DNA of 28,283 nucleotides from a virus (taxonomy: Duplodnaviria; Caudoviricetes), in the IMG/VR virus record IMGVR_UViG_3300032295_001220, positions 1 through 28,283 of that record; one strand, given 5' to 3'. A model generated the notes under the pieces. The model had not been told where the DNA came from, made no database searches, and saw only the letters and a program-made list of their open reading frames with translations. This document shows positions 24,566 to 28,283 of the stretch, piece after piece (position 1 is the stretch's first letter; every line of letters starts with the position of its first letter). A program made the translations under genes and the position numbers.

Positions 24566-26086
24566 ATGGTGATTGATGTTCGTCATGTAAACTCAGCGTT
24601 TGTCCGTGTCCTCACGGATAACGGTGTTGCATACGAACTTCAGGACTTCTTCACCTACGAAGTCCCTGGTGCAAAGTTCACCCCCGCATACAAGAACAAG
24701 TATTGGGACGGCAAGATCCGTCTGTTCAATGCCTACTCAGGTCTCCTCCCCGCAGGATTGACCGAGTATCTCGCATCGTTTGCACAGCAGCGTGGGTACA
24801 CGATGCAAGTGGATTCGATGCTTGCCGCACCCGAAGTCAAGGTGAACTGCGAGAAGGCTAGGGACTTCATTTGCAGCCTAAAGCCCATGGGCGGTGGACA
24901 GCCGCTTGAACCGCACGACCACCAAGTCGATGCCTTCTGCCATGCAGTCAACAAGTCACGCTGCGTCCTGCTCTCACCCACCGCAAGCGGAAAGAGCCTG
25001 ATCATCTACAGTCTCTGTCGGTACTATCAGAATGTCATAAATCCGACGAAGAAGATCCTGATCATCGTGCCGACGATCTCGTTGGTCGCTCAGATGTATG
25101 CCGACTTCGATGACTACTCCACCAAGTCGGGATGGAGCACACACAAGAACTGCCACAAGATCCACGGCGGCACACCCAAGTTGACGGATCGTCAGATAGT
25201 GATCTCGACATGGCAGTCGATCCACAAGTTGCCCCGTGCTTGGTTCGATAACTTCGAAGTCGTGATTGGTGACGAAGCCCACCTGTTCAAGTCACAGTCC
25301 CTGACCACGATCATGAACAAGTTGGTCGATTGCCCCTACCGCATCGCACTCACGGGAACGCTCGACGGAACGAAGATCCACAAGTTGTGCATCGAAGGGC
25401 TGTTCGGCCCCGTCAACCGTGTGGTCTCCACAAGGGAACTGATGGAGCGTGAACTCCTGACTGCACTCAAGATCGAATGCCTTCTGCTGAAGTACCCGCA
25501 GGAAATAAGAGAATCCCTGAGAGGGCTCGACTATCAGCATGAAATCGATTGGTTGGTGAACTGCGACAAGAGGAACAACCTGATCGCACAGTTGGCTTCG
25601 ACGGTCAAGGGAAACACGCTTGTGCTGTTTCAGTATGTCGAGAAGCACGGAAAGCCCCTGTTCGAACTGATCAAGAAGGCGGCACCGACAGAAATAGAAA
25701 ACCGAAGGGTGTTCTTCGTTGCAGGAGAGACCGATGTCGATGATCGTGAGCAGATCCGACATATCGTGGAGAAGGAAGAGAACGCAATCATAGTTGCGTC
25801 ATACGGAACCTTTTCCACGGGCATCAACATCAAGTCCCTGAAGAACCTCATATTCGCAAGCCCTTCAAAGAGCCGAATCAGGATTCTCCAAAGCATCGGT
25901 CGCCAACTGCGTAAATCAGACAGCAAGGATATCGCAAAGTTGTACGACATAGCAGACGATCTTCATTGGGAAGACGAACCGAACTACACCTTCAAGCATT
26001 TCATGTCGAGGCTGAAGTTGTACGACGAAGAAGGATTCCCCTACAAGATCGTGAAGTTGCCTGTCTATGGGAGCAAGACCAAATGA
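24566..26086 (+). CDS. uvsW: SF2 DNA helicase UvsW
   Basis: WDGKIRLF, SPTASGKS (Walker A), DEAH, TGT and QSIGRQLR motifs. Confidence 0.97.
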   Translation: MVIDVRHVNSAFVRVLTDNGVAYELQDFFTYEVPGAKFTPAYKNKYWDGKIRLFNAYSGLLPAGLTEYLASFAQQRGYTMQVDSMLAAPEVKVNCEKARDFICSLKPMGGGQPLEPHDHQVDAFCHAVNKSRCVLLSPTASGKSLIIYSLCRYYQNVINPTKKILIIVPTISLVAQMYADFDDYSTKSGWSTHKNCHKIHGGTPKLTDRQIVISTWQSIHKLPRAWFDNFEVVIGDEAHLFKSQSLTTIMNKLVDCPYRIALTGTLDGTKIHKLCIEGLFGPVNRVVSTRELMERELLTALKIECLLLKYPQEIRESLRGLDYQHEIDWLVNCDKRNNLIAQLASTVKGNTLVLFQYVEKHGKPLFELIKKAAPTEIENRRVFFVAGETDVDDREQIRHIVEKEENAIIVASYGTFSTGINIKSLKNLIFASPSKSRIRILQSIGRQLRKSDSKDIAKLYDIADDLHWEDEPNYTFKHFMSRLKLYDEEGFPYKIVKLPVYGSKTK

Positions 26087-26460
26087 TGTATCCGATTCGA
26101 CTCGTCAAACTGATCAACGGAGAAGTGCTTGTCTGCGGAATCGCAGAGACAGGTGGCGTGTACACGCTAGAAAGACCGATGTCCATCAGCCTCGTACCGA
26201 CCATAGGAAAGGACAAGCGGCAGGAGACCATGGTCTTCATGAAGAATTGGATTGAGTTCTCCAACGACGAGATGTACATCATTCCCAAGGACAGGGTCAT
26301 GTGCATCTCGACTCCCGACAGCGGGATCCTCCGTGACTACAACGATGCGAAGATCAAGTTCGATCTCTTTGAGGCACAGGATGACTTGGATGCGGCAGGA
26401 GATGACTTCGATGACGAGGGCGAGGAGATCGAAGACGAGGACGGCGACGATTCGCCCTAG
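26083..26460 (+). CDS. Conserved hypothetical protein with Sm-like N-terminus and acidic tail
   Basis: ATGA overlap with the uvsW stop; IRLVKLINGEVLVC...WIEFSNDEMYIIPKDRVMCI; usual position between uvsW and gp55. Confidence 0.75.
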   Translation: MMYPIRLVKLINGEVLVCGIAETGGVYTLERPMSISLVPTIGKDKRQETMVFMKNWIEFSNDEMYIIPKDRVMCISTPDSGILRDYNDAKIKFDLFEAQDDLDAAGDDFDDEGEEIEDEDGDDSP

Positions 26461-26562
26461 TACTCTAGGTACTCTAGTTACCTACTAAGTATCTACCAAG
26501 AGGTAATTTAGGTCCTAGTACTCTAGATACTATTTGTTCCTTGTTACCCAAGGATATCTAGT
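26456..26562. repeat. Non-coding CTAG/GTAC-rich repeat island
   Basis: GTACTCTAG at 26460, 26469 and 26518; CCTAGTACTCTAG at 26456 and 26514. Confidence 0.8.
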
Positions 26563-26636
26563 AGGCGGGAACGATTCATTATGTTTGATCTTCGAAATCG
26601 GTTGAAGATTTCTTTCCTAGGTTGATCGCATTTCGC

Positions 26637-26665
26637 TTTACATCCTACGGATCGTGTGTTAGACT
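26637..26665 (+). promoter_or_regulatory. Sigma70-type promoter TTTACA-N17-TAGACT with TGn extension, for gp55
   Basis: -35 at 26637-26642 and -10 at 26660-26665; ATG follows after 11 nt. Confidence 0.6.
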
Positions 26666-26676
26666 CCCCCATCAAC

Positions 26677-27267
26677 ATGGCGAAGAAACGCAAAGACAAC
26701 CATTACATAGACAACGAACGGTTCCTACAGGAACTGATCGACCACAAGAAGGCAGTCCTCAAGGCGAAAGCCGAAGGGAAGAAGCCACCTGGTGCAACCA
26801 ACTACATCGGGCAATGTTTCTTGGACATCGCAAACAACCTTGCGAAGAAACCGAACTTTGCCAACTACATCTTCAAGGAAGAGATGGTGTCCGATGGCAT
26901 AGAGAACTGCATCATGTACACGACGAACTTCGATGAGAACAAGTCGAGGAATCCGTTTGCGTTCTTCACGCAGATCATCTACTACGCATTCCTTCGTCGT
27001 ATCCAAAAGGAAAAGAAGCAACTCTATGTCAAGATGAAGTGCTTCGAAAACAACGACAAGACGGGTAAGTTAAAGAACCGCATGATTGAAGACGGTAGGT
27101 TCACGGACGAGGATCCCCGTAGCGAGAATCCATACGCCGATTTCTTCTCTCTCAGCGACAACGACATACGGAACTTTGAGGGCTTGACTCCCGAATCGAT
27201 CAAGCCCAAGAAGAAGAGAAAGAAGAAGCAGCAGAGCAAGAAAAATCTTGAAGACCTCATGGAGTGA
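26677..27267 (+). CDS. gp55: Late-transcription sigma factor gp55
   Basis: HYIDNERFL, YIGQCFLDIANNLAKKPNFANY, EMVSDGIENC and NPFAFFTQIIYYAFLRRIQKEKKQ motifs; start at ATG 26677. Confidence 0.97.
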   Translation: MAKKRKDNHYIDNERFLQELIDHKKAVLKAKAEGKKPPGATNYIGQCFLDIANNLAKKPNFANYIFKEEMVSDGIENCIMYTTNFDENKSRNPFAFFTQIIYYAFLRRIQKEKKQLYVKMKCFENNDKTGKLKNRMIEDGRFTDEDPRSENPYADFFSLSDNDIRNFEGLTPESIKPKKKRKKKQQSKKNLEDLME

Positions 27268-27270
27268 TGA

Positions 27271-28283
27271 GTGAAGATAGCAATCATCAATGACACTCAC
27301 TTCGGCGCAAGAAACGACAATCCGATCTTCCTAGACCATTTCATGCTGTTTTGGGAGGATGTGTTCTTCCCATACATCAAGCAGCATGGGATAAGGAACA
27401 TCATCCACCTAGGCGACCTGATGGACAGGCGGAAGTATGTCAATTTCATGACATTGTCCGCAGTCCGAAAGCGTTTCGTGAAGCCGCTGAACGACATGGG
27501 AGTTTCCTTGGATGTGATCCTTGGGAACCACGATGTCTTCTTCAAGAACACCAACGACATCAACTCCGTCCGTGAACTGTTCCAATGGTCTGAACTCTGC
27601 GACAATTGGCGGATTCACTACAAGCCAACTGCGATAACCATCGGTGGGATGAGCATCGGTCTCGTACCTTGGATCACCAAGGACAACGAGCAGGAGTGCA
27701 TCGACTTCATCACCAACAACACATCGCCTGTCCTCATGGGACACTTCGAACTGACGGGATACGAAGTCCTTCGGGGTGTCGAGCACCATGAGGGAATGGA
27801 TCCTTCGATCCTTTCGAAGTACGAAGCCGTCTACAGCGGACACTTTCATTGCAAGCACAGCAAGGGGAATGTCCACTACCTCGGCACACAGTACCAAATC
27901 ACCTTCAGCGATCTGCATGAGCCAAAGGGATTCCATGTCTTGGACACGGAGACAGGGCAGATCGAATACATCGAAAATCCCCATCGCCTGTTCACCGTCT
28001 TCAACTACAACGACGATGGGGGCAGGGACTTCTTCGATGGTTCCGTGAATTGGGACGAGTATCGTGAGACCTTCGTCCGTTTGGTGGTCGAGCGCAAGGT
28101 GAACCCATTCATGCTCGACCGTGTGGTTGAGAAGTTGAACGAGGTCGGGTGCCATTCCATATCGATCACCGACCAGACTCAGACCGACAAGACGGCGAAG
28201 GTCGAGGAAAAAGTCGATCTATCAAAGGACACCCTCAGTCTCATCTGCGAGGAGATCGATGGCATGGATGGAATCGCAGACCC
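27271..28283 (+). CDS. gp47: Recombination endonuclease subunit gp47 (Mre11/SbcD-like), partial; absent from the ORF track
   Basis: GTG start after GGAG: MKIAIINDTHFGARND...HLGDLMDRRK...GNHD...MGHFEL...SGHFH metallophosphoesterase motifs; runs off the window. Confidence 0.95.
   Translation, partial: MKIAIINDTHFGARNDNPIFLDHFMLFWEDVFFPYIKQHGIRNIIHLGDLMDRRKYVNFMTLSAVRKRFVKPLNDMGVSLDVILGNHDVFFKNTNDINSVRELFQWSELCDNWRIHYKPTAITIGGMSIGLVPWITKDNEQECIDFITNNTSPVLMGHFELTGYEVLRGVEHHEGMDPSILSKYEAVYSGHFHCKHSKGNVHYLGTQYQITFSDLHEPKGFHVLDTETGQIEYIENPHRLFTVFNYNDDGGRDFFDGSVNWDEYRETFVRLVVERKVNPFMLDRVVEKLNEVGCHSISITDQTQTDKTAKVEEKVDLSKDTLSLICEEIDGMDGIAD

Noticed and set aside
27267-27293. ATG overlapping the gp55 stop as the gp47 start
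   Set aside because: It opens only an 8-codon frame; the conserved KIAIINDTHFG begins at GTG 27271.
1-28283. Stop-codon reassignment, introns, inteins, homing endonucleases, tRNAs
   Set aside because: Core genes are full-length in the standard code with TAA, TGA and TAG all used as stops; no insertions are evident in uvsW, rnh, gp32 or gp55; no cloverleaf was seen in the intergenic gaps.

Overview
The window is a gene-dense segment of a large T4-superfamily myophage in the standard genetic code, with a gene order like cyanophage-type environmental T4-like phages. Positions 1-13.6 kb (minus strand) hold a baseplate operon: gp48, gp53, gp27-like, gp5, two hypotheticals, PAAR, a TM+GAF protein, gp25, gp6, gp7, gp8. 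Positions 13.6-19.5 kb (plus strand) hold gp4, gp2, gp54-like, gp26, gp51-like and a tape measure gene. Positions 19.5-28.3 kb hold replication, recombination and late-transcription genes: gp32, gp33, exonuclease, FmdB-like, rnh, RuvC-like, uvsY, uvsW, gp55, gp47. The main finding is a T_TTT_TTC slippery site at the gp26 stop that would join it by -1 frameshift to a gp51-like frame lacking a good start codon, directly before the tape measure gene, as in lambda G/GT. Other notable items: a gp7 carrying an Ig-like domain, a Gly linker and a glycoside-hydrolase-like barrel; promoter geometry implying leaderless mRNAs; a probable ATT start for gp4; a CTAG/GTACTCTAG repeat island before gp55; a holin-T-like gene in the baseplate operon; and apparent avoidance of AGCT, CGCG and CCGG. 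All homology calls come from motif recognition and synteny, not database searches.
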